Below, piece by piece: positions 51,109 through 62,844 of a DNA stretch of 64,000 bases. The DNA comes from Carpediemonas membranifera BICM (lineage: Eukaryota > Protista > Fornicata). The translations under genes and the position numbers were made by a program. Location: positions 434,001-498,000 of the forward strand of contig JAHDYR010000066.1 of NCBI GenBank assembly GCA_019828565.1, written 5' to 3'. Positions within the stretch are counted from its first letter, which is position 1, and every line of letters begins with the position of its first letter. The notes beneath the pieces are model-generated. The model had not been told where the DNA came from, did not search any database, and saw only the letters and a list, made by a program, of their open reading frames with translations.

Positions 51109-52348
51109 ATGGCGGTAAACAACGGCCGCAGCCCTTCAAGCTCCAGTAAGCCGGCGGTGAAGGACCGTGGACGGGCCAATGTGCCATTACACGCCTCAAC
51201 TCTTCGAGAAGAAGTGGAAACGAGACAAATGACCAGGGGAAAGGCGCGGTCGCCCGAAGTACGCGGCCTCCGAGAACCTCCCAAGCGCTCAAAGCTTAGC
51301 AGAGCTGTGAACCGACTCTTACAGGCGCGCCATCTGACTGGGATCCGGGACCAGATGTTGTTCCGCCTCGAGGTGCGTGAGACCCGCCCCACCCGTTACA
51401 CAGCAGCGTGAGACCTCTCAGATCAAGAGGAACTACCTCCAGGTGCAAACGAAGTATCTGGAGAGCGAGGCGCTGGCCATCATTAACAATGGGGAGTCGA
51501 TTATCTCGGCCCTGAAGGAGCTCGAGACCTCTTTCCAAAGCATGATCGATGACGTCCGGAACGACCGCGTCGTAGTGCCCCCCAAAAAGGAGGCACGTCG
51601 CATCGACTATAGCGAGCTCCCGACCGTCACGGACCTCGCTGAGCGACTCGACGCCAGCGACGTCGCCATCCTGACCTCCGCTGGCATCATTGACGGCGAT
51701 GGGATTATCAGACAGGCGGTGCCGGCGTCTGCATCCCGGGTGGAGGACCTGACCAAGCTCAACCTGTGTCTGCAGGCCATCCTCGAGCAGGAGCGGTACG
51801 GGTCCGAGCAGCTCTCGGCCCACTACCTGCGGGAGGAAATCAGGAAGGAGGAGCGGCTCGCAGTGAAGCTAGCCAACGACATCCAGGCGATGAAGAACGT
51901 CCTGCTCGACACACCGACGAGCCCCCGACGCGGCTCATCCCGGCCCTGCACCAGTGTGCTGCAGGATATCCGGCCGGTCGACTCACACGGACTGCAGCTG
52001 GAGGCCCTGGTCGAGGTTACCGAGGACTCGGCCCCCGTGCCCCCGCTGGACCTGCTGCCGCCCATGTCGACCCTGCCGACCATGCCGCTCATCCCGACGC
52101 CGCTCATCACCGCCCGGTCCATGATCGAGTCACCCCGCATGGTCCGGGCCAACACGGTCGCAGCAACGAGGCCGCGGAGAGGTAGTGGCCCGAAGACATC
52201 CACTCTCAAGCGGCGGACTCCGTGGGCCGGCGTGGGGTCGCCCACCATCCCCCCGTCGCGGGGCCGGGATACACCGGACCTGAGTCTGTTCGGGTCGCCG
52301 GTCGGGTCTCCCATCGATGACAGGCCAAGGACTGGCTTTATACATTAG
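51109..52348 (+). CDS. Hypothetical protein (coiled coil plus Pro/Ser-rich tail); intron 51373-51403
   Basis: A 31-nt GTGCGT..CAG intron joins ORFs 51085-51411 and 51377-52348 in frame. Confidence 0.65.
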
Positions 52349-52459
52349 CAGCTGTGATAATACTGACGTGATCATGTAAACTGGCATGTTTGTGGTGTTG
52401 TATCTTCCTGTCTGGGGCCATGGTTGCTGTTGATGCGCAAATCTGACAAAACTATAACG

Positions 52460-53734
52460 ATGCCTGGTACGCGCTTGGCTACCTTCGTACTACTTTCCTT
52501 ACTATTTATCAGCGCCTATTGCACTGAATATTACCTAGACACTGGTGTTCCTATCATGGATGGCACCATGGCTGCACAAATCATCCAAGACCAGGACCTC
52601 ATGGAGGAGGACTTTCTAGCAGTCTTCGTGAAGGATGACTGCAAGACTTGCAAGTCAGAGTACTTCCTTGCAGGCCTGAAGACAGTGTCCGAGCAGATCT
52701 CCCGCATGCAGGTGGTGAACTGCACTGCCGTCCCCGACTTCTGCGCGTTCATGGAGGTTCTCGGCTATCCTGCCGTGCGCACACTCCGCCCTACCGGCAT
52801 CCACTCGACCTACCACGGTCCGTTTGAGCCTGCCAGGGTCGTCAGCTTCGCCCGCTCTTTGGTCAGCCCCATCCGGGCCGCCAATGTCGTCACGTCGCAC
52901 CACGCCCGGCTGCATATCATCCCAACGGACAAGGTGACCGTGCACATTGACTATCTTACCGACATGGCGACGGCTCTCTTCGACACCGTGCCCGTTACCT
53001 GTGACGGCCCCCTCGACGCCTTCATCGGCCACCTCATCTTCAAGCGGGACGACGGCGCTGAGGTCGACCTGATGCCATTCGATGGCGAGCCATTGCATGG
53101 AGATAACGTTGCAACCCGCCGCCTGCTCGAAGACAGTGACCTGCTCGCCATGCCCTCGTGCAATGACTTTGCCGTGTGCTCAGAGGTCATCACCACGTTC
53201 GCACGGCGCCACTCCCGCCCGCCCCTGACCCGCATCTCGACCCGGCGCATCTCTGCGTCGCCCTTGTTCGACCCGCACACAACCCCTGCCGTCTGCGTCC
53301 TCATCACTGCAGCCAAGCCCAACGTCGTCAACGGCGACACCACTGACCTCTCAGGCCATGACAGGCTCGAAGTTGACGTTATGACTGCGGTCGAGTTGGC
53401 AGCCCGCGACACATACCATCTCGTGCCGTTCGTGGCGATCTCCGGCATCGATCAGCCGTACTTCGCCTCATTCTGCGAGGCCAAGGCATCTGCGATGTGC
53501 GACGCATACACCCGGCGAGCCAACGCGGCCCGTGTGAAGTACGGCGTGGGGCGGGACAGCAGGCCCCAGCTGCCCTGCGTCATGTGCTACAGGGTGAATG
53601 ACGTGCAGGCGCCTCAGCAGCAGGTTGAGGTGACGGCCGCAGAGCCCAGCAGAGGCGCGATCCTTCTTCTGAAGGGAAGCTCCCACGTCCGTGAGGAGGT
53701 CGTGAGTGCCGTCCACGCCTTCACCCAGAGGTGA
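52460..53734 (+). CDS. Secretory thioredoxin-fold (PDI-like) protein
   Basis: Signal peptide, CKTC, and VNC....FC..MEV.GYP.V typical of Trx/PDI a-domains. Confidence 0.6.
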   Translation: MPGTRLATFVLLSLLFISAYCTEYYLDTGVPIMDGTMAAQIIQDQDLMEEDFLAVFVKDDCKTCKSEYFLAGLKTVSEQISRMQVVNCTAVPDFCAFMEVLGYPAVRTLRPTGIHSTYHGPFEPARVVSFARSLVSPIRAANVVTSHHARLHIIPTDKVTVHIDYLTDMATALFDTVPVTCDGPLDAFIGHLIFKRDDGAEVDLMPFDGEPLHGDNVATRRLLEDSDLLAMPSCNDFAVCSEVITTFARRHSRPPLTRISTRRISASPLFDPHTTPAVCVLITAAKPNVVNGDTTDLSGHDRLEVDVMTAVELAARDTYHLVPFVAISGIDQPYFASFCEAKASAMCDAYTRRANAARVKYGVGRDSRPQLPCVMCYRVNDVQAPQQQVEVTAAEPSRGAILLLKGSSHVREEVVSAVHAFTQR

Positions 53735-54023
53735 GTGGTTTTGTGTAAATAGTGGCATCGCAGAATCAGGAGAGCGGAATATGATGGTCTAGGCGTAGCC
53801 GATGTTTTCTTTACGTGTTACATGAGGGCAAATATTTGCTGACGGAAAGAAAGCAAGAGAGAAAGCAAGTTCACATCATTGAAAATGGTGTAGGTGACAT
53901 GTACATGCGTTATTTCATCGTTTCTTGCATCATTCAGTTCGAAATGACAGCTCAAATGCCAGCTTTTCGAAGATTTGTTTGAAGTTCGCTTACGAACCTA
54001 CGATGAAGGCCTGAACTTCACTA

Positions 54024-54524
54024 ATGTCCGACTTACCACCATCGTCCGGACGTGCATCAGCAAAACAGCCACGAACGAGGAAGCGCGAAGGACTTGAGGA
54101 CAGCACGAGGAAGATTCTCGAGCTCCTTATGCAGAACGGAGAGATGACGTTCAAGGACATCCACGACACGCTCGATCTCGACTATCGGAGGGCGTACGAC
54201 ATTCTCAACGTGCTCCTGACCACGCCGCTTGTCCAAAAGCAGGGTAAGAAGAGGGATAACAAGCTTCCCTACATGTTTGGGGACGGTAAGCCGGTTCCAG
54301 TCAGCGTGGACGTCTTTTCGCTGCTATCCGACCTCGAGGAGCAGCAGCGAGCGATCATGATTCTCACGATGCGGATCCGTAAGCTTCAGGAGCTGAAGGA
54401 GTCAGGGGCCCTCGTCAACAAGGAGGCCGCCACCGCTGCAATCATAGCTGCCGAGAGCGGCCAGGCCGAGGAGATCGACGAAGCATGGGGGCTGGCGCTG
54501 AAGTCCGACGACGCGCAGAGCTAG
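54024..54524 (+). CDS. E2F/DP-family winged-helix transcription factor
   Basis: RKREGLEDSTRKILELL...YRRAYDILNVL (RRxYD motif) followed by a leucine heptad. Confidence 0.85.
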   Translation: MSDLPPSSGRASAKQPRTRKREGLEDSTRKILELLMQNGEMTFKDIHDTLDLDYRRAYDILNVLLTTPLVQKQGKKRDNKLPYMFGDGKPVPVSVDVFSLLSDLEEQQRAIMILTMRIRKLQELKESGALVNKEAATAAIIAAESGQAEEIDEAWGLALKSDDAQS

Positions 54525-54981
54525 CCTCATCGGGTGGCGCTACCAAATGCCGACCAATGGGACCAGGTAAATAGTACACGGGGGCTGCTTTGGACCACTG
54601 AACTAGAGCTAGGGCGAGCCTGGCAGTGGGAGCCACTTTGCCGGAAACTTGTTTAAACCACAGTTTTTGTCAGCAGATCAATCCGAGCAGTCAAACAGGT
54701 AAGGCCGAATGGACCACTTTATAGTATCTGGCAGACAGTTATGGGGTTCTTTCCGACTTTTTCCATCCGGCACTCGCCCTACTGGCCTGGCAGAGCCAAC
54801 CAGTGGCCACACGATAATTTCAGATCCAATGTGACAAAGCCCACGGACATCACTCCGTGCATGCGTCTACTGACCAGTCTGGGGTTCATGTGCGTGTCCC
54901 GGGCGATGTATTGACTTCACAGGAAAAGTCAAGGCTAGTCGTCGCGCTCATCTCCAAACTCTCACCGAAAGCACGTTTTCA

Positions 54982-55890
54982 ATGTCGGAGCTCGCCAAGC
55001 CCTTCGTATTTATCAACAGAGACACCAAGGTCCTGTTTCAAGGTTTCACTGGCAAGCAGGGAACGTTCCACGCCCAGAAGTGCATGGAGTACGGCACAAA
55101 TGTCGTAGGTGGCATTTCCCCCAAGAAGGCTGGCCAGCAGCACCTTGGCAAGCCCGTTTTCGGCAACGTTGCTGATGCTGTGAAGGAGACCGGCGCCAAC
55201 GCCTCAGTCATCTTCGTTCCTCCCTCCGGTGGTGCCGCTGCCATCGAGGAGGCCGTCCACGCTGGCGTTGAGCTGATTGTCTGCATCACCGAGGGCATCC
55301 CCCAGCAGGACATGGTCCGCGTCAAGAAGCTTCTTGATTCCCAGACGACCTCCCGCCTTCTCGGCCCCAACACCCCCGGCCTCTGCAAGCCCGGCGAATG
55401 CAAGATTGGCATCATGCCCGGCCAGATCCACAAGCCCGGCTGCATCGGTGTCGTGTCCAAGTCCGGCACCCTCACATACGAGGCCGTGAACCGCACCTCC
55501 AACGCCGGCCTCGGCCAGTCCACTGTCGTCGGCATCGGTGGCGATCCCTTCAACGGTACCACCTTCATTGACGTGCTCGAGAGGTTCAAGCACGACCCCC
55601 AGACCCAGGGTGTCGTCCTCATCGGCGAGATCGGTGGCCCCATGGAGGAGGAGGCCGCTGCCTGGATCAAGAAGAACATGCAGGACAAGCCCGTCGTGTC
55701 CTTCATCGCCGGCTCTGCTGCTCCCCCGGGCCGCCGTATGGGTCACGCTGGTGCCATCACCAACGGCTCTGCTGGCTCTGCCGAGTCCAAGTTCGCTGCT
55801 CTCAAGGCTGCCGGTGTCTATACCACCCCCAACCCCACCGAGATCGGTCCCCTCATGATGAAGGCCATGAAGGACTTCGGCAAGTTCTAA
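54982..55890 (+). CDS. SUCLG1: Succinyl-CoA ligase alpha subunit
   Basis: [38 protein letters not shown], and phospho-His motif RRMGHAGA. Highly biased codon usage. Confidence 0.97.
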   Translation: MSELAKPFVFINRDTKVLFQGFTGKQGTFHAQKCMEYGTNVVGGISPKKAGQQHLGKPVFGNVADAVKETGANASVIFVPPSGGAAAIEEAVHAGVELIVCITEGIPQQDMVRVKKLLDSQTTSRLLGPNTPGLCKPGECKIGIMPGQIHKPGCIGVVSKSGTLTYEAVNRTSNAGLGQSTVVGIGGDPFNGTTFIDVLERFKHDPQTQGVVLIGEIGGPMEEEAAAWIKKNMQDKPVVSFIAGSAAPPGRRMGHAGAITNGSAGSAESKFAALKAAGVYTTPNPTEIGPLMMKAMKDFGKF

Positions 55891-56040
55891 ATGACCATAA
55901 AGTGCGATGTTTAGACGACTGAGGTTCAGGAATAGCGGAGCTGGGCACTGGCCATGTTCGTCCCGGTCACGGCCTTCGTCACATGTCTCCAGCCCAGGCC
56001 GGGTCGCAGCTTTGTCAAGAGGAGAGCTGGCTGCAAAGTG

Positions 56041-56966
56041 ATGCCCTCGAAACACCGAGATCTCATCCACGGCCTTAAAGCCATCTGTTCTAACAAGGAT
56101 ACTCGCAAGGTACTCCTCTTTCTTGTTCTCAACCTCTTGTTCATGTTCGTGGAGCTCTTTTTCGGTCTTCTCCGCGGCTCCTTGAGTTTGTTGCCTCCTA
56201 CCCCTTTCATTGTAACACAGGTCTTGTTTCTGACGCGTTTCACATGTTCTTCGACTGCACCTCCCTCTTCCTCTCGATGATGGCGATGTTCATGTCGTCC
56301 AAACCCCCAAACGCCCGCTTCTCTTACGGTTTCGGTCGCATTGAGGTCCTAGCTGCATACGGAAACAGCCTTTTTCTCGTGTGCGTCGCCTCGATGCTTG
56401 TCGTGAAGGCCGTCGCCCGACTCCTCCAGCCCGTGGCCGTCAGTACCGATCAGCTCCTCCTCGTCGCCGTACTGGGGCTGCTCGTCAACCTCCTCGGCTT
56501 AGTGATGATCGATGCGGACGAGACTGACACCGAGTCTCGCAAGGCCAACATCCGCGGCATCTTCCTCCACGTCCTGGCCGATTCCCTCGGGTCTGTCGGA
56601 GTCATCGCCAGCTGCATCCTCATCCGGTGGCGGAACTGGGTGTGGACCGACCCGGTGGCGTCCCTCGCCATCGCCGGCCTGCTCTCCCACGCCGTCCTGC
56701 CCCTTCTGCGGTCATCGTACCACGTGCTGTCGCTCCACACACCAGGCGGGGCGTCTCGTTCGTTTCGCCAGCAGCTGGACTCACTCCCCTTCACCGTGCC
56801 TGGGGTGCATACGGTCGTGGCCGCGCAGATCTGGCCCATGGAGGCTGGCGACGCCGTGGGCTGGGTGAGGCTCAGGGGGGCGGGGCCCGACGTCATGTAC
56901 GCCGTGAAGGAGGAGCTGGCGTCGTCGGTCAGAGAAGACAGGATCATCGTGGAGGTGGCGACATGA
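56041..56966 (+). CDS. Cation diffusion facilitator (ZnT5/7-like) zinc transporter; intron 56186-56220
   Basis: Splicing gives SLSLVSDAFHMFFDC; also FSYGFGRIEVL and NIRGIFLHVLADSLGSVGVI. Confidence 0.9.
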
Positions 56967-57097
56967 GGCGGGGCGATGATAGATTGAACTAAGCCGTCCT
57001 AATAGATAAATGACAGACGAGGTGCTGAGTGTGGGGGCGGTCGGATGTCCCAGATCCGGCAACTGCGAGTTAAACCGCGAAGCAGAACGCGCGGTGA

Positions 57098-58288
57098 ATG
57101 GCTTCTACAACGAATGTCGCACCTGTGACGTCGGATGCCATTGACAGGCATAGATTTCCGATGATGGATAAGCTTAGAGAGCTCTATTCGCTTGAAGAAA
57201 GGCTTGATTCACAGATTGAGCTGCAGAGGTTCAGGCTGCTTCATGTGTCTGATATATCCACGGAAACAACAGTGAAAGCAGATCATATCCTTCGTATAGC
57301 CATGATGACCGAGCGGACAAGCGGGAATCAGGGCACTTCGCTCGCGATTAACCTCGCCGTCTTTCTCACCGACTCTGAGGGAATGGCCGCCCATCCGTCC
57401 CCCGCATGCATCGGTGACGTACTAGGGCGGCTTGTATTCGCTATTGAAGGCCTCAGTGACCATCCCGAGGCGCTTGAGATCAACCTAGCGACCATCACCG
57501 AGACCGCCGTCCGTATCACGAAGCCCCTCCCGGATAACTGCCCAGAGCTCAAAGTTACGGCATACGCCTCGCCTGTGGAGTCCGAGCCGATGTTCGAGGC
57601 GGTGCCCCAGTTCCAGGAGGCGTTGCGTCTGACGGGGCCGGACGTCGTCGTCACACACTCCAAGGTGTTGCCGTCGGGTGAGAGGGAGGTCATCGATGTG
57701 GAGAAGCGCAGGCCAACCTTTACCCGTGGCAAGCTGACGCAGACCACCGTCGTTGTCCTCCGGGAAGGCGGGTCCTGGGTCGACCACCGCGACGGCCTCT
57801 TCATTCGTCCCAGCCGGGCCATGCAGTCGTGCTTCGGTGATGTGGTGCGGTTCAAGGACATCCCCCGCATCATCGGCTCGATGATCCGGCCGGTTGAGCC
57901 GATCCGACTCTCGACGGTGGCGGGTGACGAGATGCAGGCCGTTGTTGCCGAGACAGTGCACAGCAGGAACCCGGGCCAGTCTGCAGGTGTCTGGAGCCCG
58001 GAGGACATCCAGAAGATCGCGGACCTCGACGTCCGGACCAAACACCAGGTCAAGGCGACGGCCGACGCCCTGGCCGCCCGGGACAGGTACGCTTCCCTCG
58101 CCAGTGACCCCGCCACTGGCCTGAAGAAGATGGTCACGGACGACAGCGTCGACAGTCGGCTGTGGAGAGGGTCTGATGCGGAGACGGCGGACATCCTGGT
58201 CAGCTCGGGCTTCTGGACGGACCCCAGGCTCGCGGACGTCATGAGAGAGGTCCTCGTCAAGAGTGGAGCACACCCTAACGTCGTGTGA
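57098..58288 (+). CDS. SWI/SNF subunit BAF60/SMARCD (Swp73)-like, SWIB domain
   Basis: LYSLEERLD, FKDIPRII..MIRPVEPI and KIADLD...RDRYASLASDP match SMARCD blocks in order. Confidence 0.65.
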   Translation: MASTTNVAPVTSDAIDRHRFPMMDKLRELYSLEERLDSQIELQRFRLLHVSDISTETTVKADHILRIAMMTERTSGNQGTSLAINLAVFLTDSEGMAAHPSPACIGDVLGRLVFAIEGLSDHPEALEINLATITETAVRITKPLPDNCPELKVTAYASPVESEPMFEAVPQFQEALRLTGPDVVVTHSKVLPSGEREVIDVEKRRPTFTRGKLTQTTVVVLREGGSWVDHRDGLFIRPSRAMQSCFGDVVRFKDIPRIIGSMIRPVEPIRLSTVAGDEMQAVVAETVHSRNPGQSAGVWSPEDIQKIADLDVRTKHQVKATADALAARDRYASLASDPATGLKKMVTDDSVDSRLWRGSDAETADILVSSGFWTDPRLADVMREVLVKSGAHPNVV

Positions 58289-58502
58289 GGCTGCTATGTG
58301 TCACATAAATGCTCATGCTCGCAATGGCCGCACCGGATCCGAGGCCTCGGTGGGGGTAGAGATTGGCAAGATGAGCGTCTGGTCGCAGAAGCGGTGCTTA
58401 GACAAGCCCTCAGTGGCCATGGTCCGGCCTGGTCCAAATGTTCAGGTCCGCGCAGTTTTGCCCAATCTGCCGAGGACAACCAAGTGCTCACTGAGCAGGA
58501 GA

Positions 58503-59714
58503 ATGTTTGACAAGTTCTGTGTCTTGATATTAGTACTTACTGCTTGCGTTGCGGCCGAGTACAACGTTCTGGTCGTCAACGACATCCACTACAGCCAGCG
58601 CTATAATGAGCGCTCCTCCCGCTCCTCCTGGTGTGAAACCAGCATCCCCACCGCAGTTGCAGCACCTTATGGGCGATATAGATGTGATGCACCGATGAAA
58701 CTGATCACGTCTACGCTGGATGCCATGGTCTCCGTGGACCCCGAGCCCGATCTCCTCATCATCGGCGGAGACTTCGGCGGGCACACGGCGCTGTCCCTTG
58801 ACGAGATCACCCAGAGCATTCAAGCTGTGACCGGGGAGATCAAGCGTCGCTTCCCCCACACGTCAACCTTCCCCGTGATCGGCAACGACGACGTCTTCCC
58901 GGACTACAAGCTTGACGCGGGTCAGCTCAACACCCTCGCGAATATCTGGGCGGACTGGCTCAGTGCTGACGAGCTGGCGACGTTCAAGACCGGCGGTTAC
59001 TACAAGCGGGAGGTGTCGGCCTCGCTGCACGTCATCGTCCTGAACACCTTGCTCGTAATCCCCCAGAACACCATGACCAGCGCCGCCACGCATCAGTGGA
59101 CGTGGTTTGCTGCCGAGCTTGCGGCCAGTACCGGGGCCGGGGCCAGAGTTGTGCTGGTGATGCACATCCCGCCCGGGGTCAACGGGTACGACCAGACGGA
59201 CCCTTGGACAACAGAGGACTTCGACGCCTTCACCGCCATCGTGGCGCAGTACTCCGGTGTCATCAGCGGCATCTACGCCTTCCACGAGCACACTGACCTG
59301 CACCGCGCCTTCGAAGGAACGTTCATGCTCATCAGCCCGTCCGTCACGCCCGCATTCGGCAACAACCCCAGCTTCCGGACAATGTGCTGGGACGCTCAGG
59401 GCGGGCTGGCGGACGTCATCCAGTTCTATCTCGACCTGCCCCGTGCCAGCATCGACGGTGCCGCTCACTTCGTCAAGGAGTACTCGATGGCCGAGGAGTA
59501 CGGCCAGTACATGGCGGGTGGGCGGTTCAGCGCCCAGTCTGCTGAGGCGCTGCAGGCGCGGTCCATGTCGGACGGTGCCTTCTGGACGACGTACTACAAC
59601 AGGATGAAGGCTGAGAACAGTGCCAGTGGCCGGGCCTCGTTCGCCTGTGCGATGGTGGTGAGTGATGAGAGGGCCTTCTCGAAGTGTCTCCAGTCCTTCC
59701 CGTTCAAGAACTGA
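58503..59714 (+). CDS. Acid sphingomyelinase-like metallophosphoesterase (SMPDL3-like), secreted
   Basis: Signal peptide; NDIHY, YGRYRCDAP, GGDFGGH, GNDD, MHIPPG, HEHTD, PSVTP..NNPSFR. Confidence 0.88.
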   Translation: MFDKFCVLILVLTACVAAEYNVLVVNDIHYSQRYNERSSRSSWCETSIPTAVAAPYGRYRCDAPMKLITSTLDAMVSVDPEPDLLIIGGDFGGHTALSLDEITQSIQAVTGEIKRRFPHTSTFPVIGNDDVFPDYKLDAGQLNTLANIWADWLSADELATFKTGGYYKREVSASLHVIVLNTLLVIPQNTMTSAATHQWTWFAAELAASTGAGARVVLVMHIPPGVNGYDQTDPWTTEDFDAFTAIVAQYSGVISGIYAFHEHTDLHRAFEGTFMLISPSVTPAFGNNPSFRTMCWDAQGGLADVIQFYLDLPRASIDGAAHFVKEYSMAEEYGQYMAGGRFSAQSAEALQARSMSDGAFWTTYYNRMKAENSASGRASFACAMVVSDERAFSKCLQSFPFKN

Positions 59715-59886
59715 GCCTGCAAGGCAAACGGTTCGTTGAACGAACAGCCGAGGTTTTTAATAAAGTTTTGATAAAGCACGCCTGCTGACTCGATTCGGCA
59801 GAGTCGCCGCCTTGTCCGGGGGGTGTCCAAAACGGGAGTCGTGCCGGGTCGTGCGATTGCAATCCAATCCAAATTGGAACGAAGAC

Positions 59887-60767
59887 ATGAACGCTCACGG
59901 GGAGCCTGTGAGTGAATCGGAAAGCTCATTCATTGGAGGAAAGAAACAACCGCGTGTTATTTCCTACATTGAGGACCGTAAGAGGTTTGTTCCCACCGAA
60001 AACTCCAGATCATTCGCTTATTCAGACGCAATACGACTTTCTCGAAGCGGAAGAAGTCAATCATCTCCAAGACGCACGAAATCTCACTGATCACAGGCTG
60101 CTCTGTCTTTGTTCGTAATATTTTCCACTGACCGCTAACGAAGATTGCCATCAAGAGTGGACGGAACTGCTACTGCTTCGGCACCAACGACTTCGAGACC
60201 ATCGCTAGCAACGAGGGCGCCACCTTTGTCCGCAACACCCTGAAGGGCCAGGCTCCGGTCATCTTCTCCACCGAGTACGACAACGATGGCAGCACCGTCC
60301 AGCACACGAACCTAGGCGAGGTAGAGGAGCAGTCTGCCAACACTGAGACAGGATCTGGCATATCGGCTGCTCATTCCGCCCAGCTCGCGGCCCCTGCCCC
60401 CGGCATCGCGGCGCCGCTATGCCCCGAGCCCCACCCGGTGACGATCATGACGGAGATGCCCACCAAGACTGCTACAGACCCGTCTCGGTATGCCCGGCTG
60501 GCGATGGAGCGTCATAGATGGATCCAGGACGCAACCCGTGTGATGCGGCATAACGACGACACCCCGGACGACGAGGCCATGGAGCACGATGTCGACGATT
60601 GTCAGTGGCTGGACGAGCCTAATAACGAGGAGGTTGCACTGATGGCGCTGATAGGGGAGCGAGACGGCGAGAGGAATGCCGCGCCGACGAACCGCCCCAA
60701 CTGTGGCACCTGGGGGGGGAACGAGGACCATGGCATCAACGCGCTTGTATTTAGTAGTAGGCTGTAA
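59887..60767 (+). CDS. SRF/MCM1-type MADS-box transcription factor; introns 59985-60025 and 60111-60143
   Basis: The spliced product reads GGKKQPRVISYIEDRKRRNTTFSKRKKSIISKTHEISLITGCSVFIAIKSGRNCYCFGT and continues in frame into ORF 60438-60767. Confidence 0.88.
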
Positions 60768-61491
60768 TAAACATAGATGAGGTCGACCTCGGTTCAGCCC
60801 CATTCCACATGGCTGGAAAATTCGATTCATAAGGGTCGAAGTCATCGAGCTCGAGACCATGGCGCCCCTTGGCCCCCAGATGCCGCATCCTCCGTTGACT
60901 AACGCCCCTGGCGGTAGCTAACTGTGGTAATGGTTTATTACCAACAAACCCTAACCCACTAAACTCGTAAAGCAGGTCGCGGGCAGGGTGGCATGGACGT
61001 ATCGGGGTCACAGATGTGTCGATACGCCTGTGTGAATGCCGCTTGAATGGGTGTGGTCCATGCGATGTCAAGATTAGTGACCATTTTCGTGGCGAGTCAG
61101 GACGATAATAGCACTTCCATCAATGCGATTCTTCGATCGCCTTAGCGGCGGGACGAAGAAAGTAATGAACCTTTCTAGTATCAAACCAACCTCAGCAATG
61201 GCATTGAGGCAACGTGAGCACCCTTCAATGTACAACGCCGTTCGTACCGCTCTTCCACGAAATTCTCTGACATAGATCATCCAAACGGCCATGGGACACA
61301 TCGTTTTCGTAAGCAAAGGCTTCCACGAGATTGGCGGTGGCGATAAGAACGACGAATTGGCCAAGGTTGGGCCGCAATTACCACGCGGCTATGTTCACAT
61401 CCCGAACAGGGCGCCCAGCATGATAGCAAGACCCCGACGAGACTCCAACCAGGTCCACGTCGTATTGAAGGGCTCGTCGACGCAGTTCAAT

Positions 61492-61836
61492 ATGTCTTCA
61501 ACGTCCGAGGCCGTCAATAAGGCCGAGGAAGAGATTGACCGCCTGCAAGCTGCACTGAAGACCAACAAGCGGCGCAGGTCTGTCGTCCGCGAGACGCTCG
61601 AGATCGATGACAGCATTGAAACCGACGCTCCCCTCGTGCCCGCCGGCATGGCAGCCCCCGAGCCTCCGGTGATGCCCATGGTGCCCCTGGGAGAACCTGA
61701 CGTCGAAGTCGGTGTCGAGGAGGAGCCTGACCCGGTGTACATGAAGAAGTTTGTCTCATTTACGACGATGAGCGGGCTGGCACCCATCGCTGAGGAGTCC
61801 GAAGTGGACACGTTTACAGATCTGTCCGCAATGTAG
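61492..61836 (+). CDS. Small hypothetical acidic protein
   Basis: Start MSSTSEAVNK with host-like codon bias. The ORF extends upstream to 61291. Confidence 0.55.
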   Translation: MSSTSEAVNKAEEEIDRLQAALKTNKRRRSVVRETLEIDDSIETDAPLVPAGMAAPEPPVMPMVPLGEPDVEVGVEEEPDPVYMKKFVSFTTMSGLAPIAEESEVDTFTDLSAM

Positions 61837-62080
61837 AGCTTGCGTCTTTACCCTTACATTATCATATCATCACTCATGTTTTATCGGCTCGATAAATCCG
61901 GTTTCTGAACGGAGATTCGAAAATTTTGATGCTCAGTCATTTTGATGCTTAGTTATCAGGCAGGAAATAGTCATAAAGCACCCATGTGTAGGCCCATCCG
62001 AGCCCTGCAGCGTCGCGAGGCCGTCCGGCGTCGCAACTTTTTTTCACGCAAGGCTGAGCCTTTTCTCCCCGAGAACAAGA

Positions 62081-62681
62081 ATGGAGTCCCAGCTGCTTTT
62101 CGGCAAGTGGTTTGTAGCCGTACACGTGCCAATCTTACCCCAGGAGCTTTGAGGATATCAAGTGCGAGGACCTCTCCCTTGAGGACTACATCACCATCAC
62201 TCCCCTCCGTGTTCCCCACTCCGCCGGTCGCTGGAGCGCCAAGCGTTTCAAGAAGGCTTCCTGCCCCATCGTCGAGCGCCTCACCAACTCCATGATGTAC
62301 CACGGCCGCAACACCGGCAAGAAGATGATGGCCATGAAGATCGTCGAGCACACCTTCGACCTCATCCACCTCTTCACCGGCGAGAACCCCCTCCAGATCC
62401 TCGTCAACGCCGTCCAGAACTGCGGTGCCCGTGAGGATTCCACCCGTATCGGCCGTGGTGGTGTCGCCCGTCGCCAGGCCGTCGATGTCGCCCCCCTCCG
62501 CCGCGTCAACCAGTCCCTCTTCCTCCTCTCCAACGGCGCCCGCAACGCCTCCTTCCGTAACATCAAGACCATCGCTGAGTGCCTCTGCGAGGAGCTGATC
62601 GCCGCCGCCAACAACGACACCAAGTCCTACGCCCTCAAGAAGAAGGACGAGCTCGAGCGCGTCGCCGTCTCCAACCGTTAA
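62081..62681 (+). CDS. RPS5: 40S ribosomal protein S5 (uS7); intron 62110-62143
   Basis: Spliced product reads [15 protein letters not shown]...[26 protein letters not shown]...[22 protein letters not shown]...[14 protein letters not shown]. Confidence 0.97.
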
Positions 62682-62844
62682 ATAAACGCCCGGTCAAGTG
62701 GCCACGCCCAATGCTTGGACTTGTCTGCGAGCCTGGTCCCGCCCAGAGCTACAGGGACCGAGACTTCAGAGACTAAATCCATGTCTACAGCTTCTTCTGG
62801 TGAGCTCCGGCTGATGCAGCGTTCAAACGCCAGCGCGCAGGCTA

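Noticed and set aside
60780-61400. Possible gene or ncRNA in the spacer after the MADS gene
   Set aside because: Only short ORFs without motifs or host codon bias, and the AACCCTAACCC telomere-like word is isolated.
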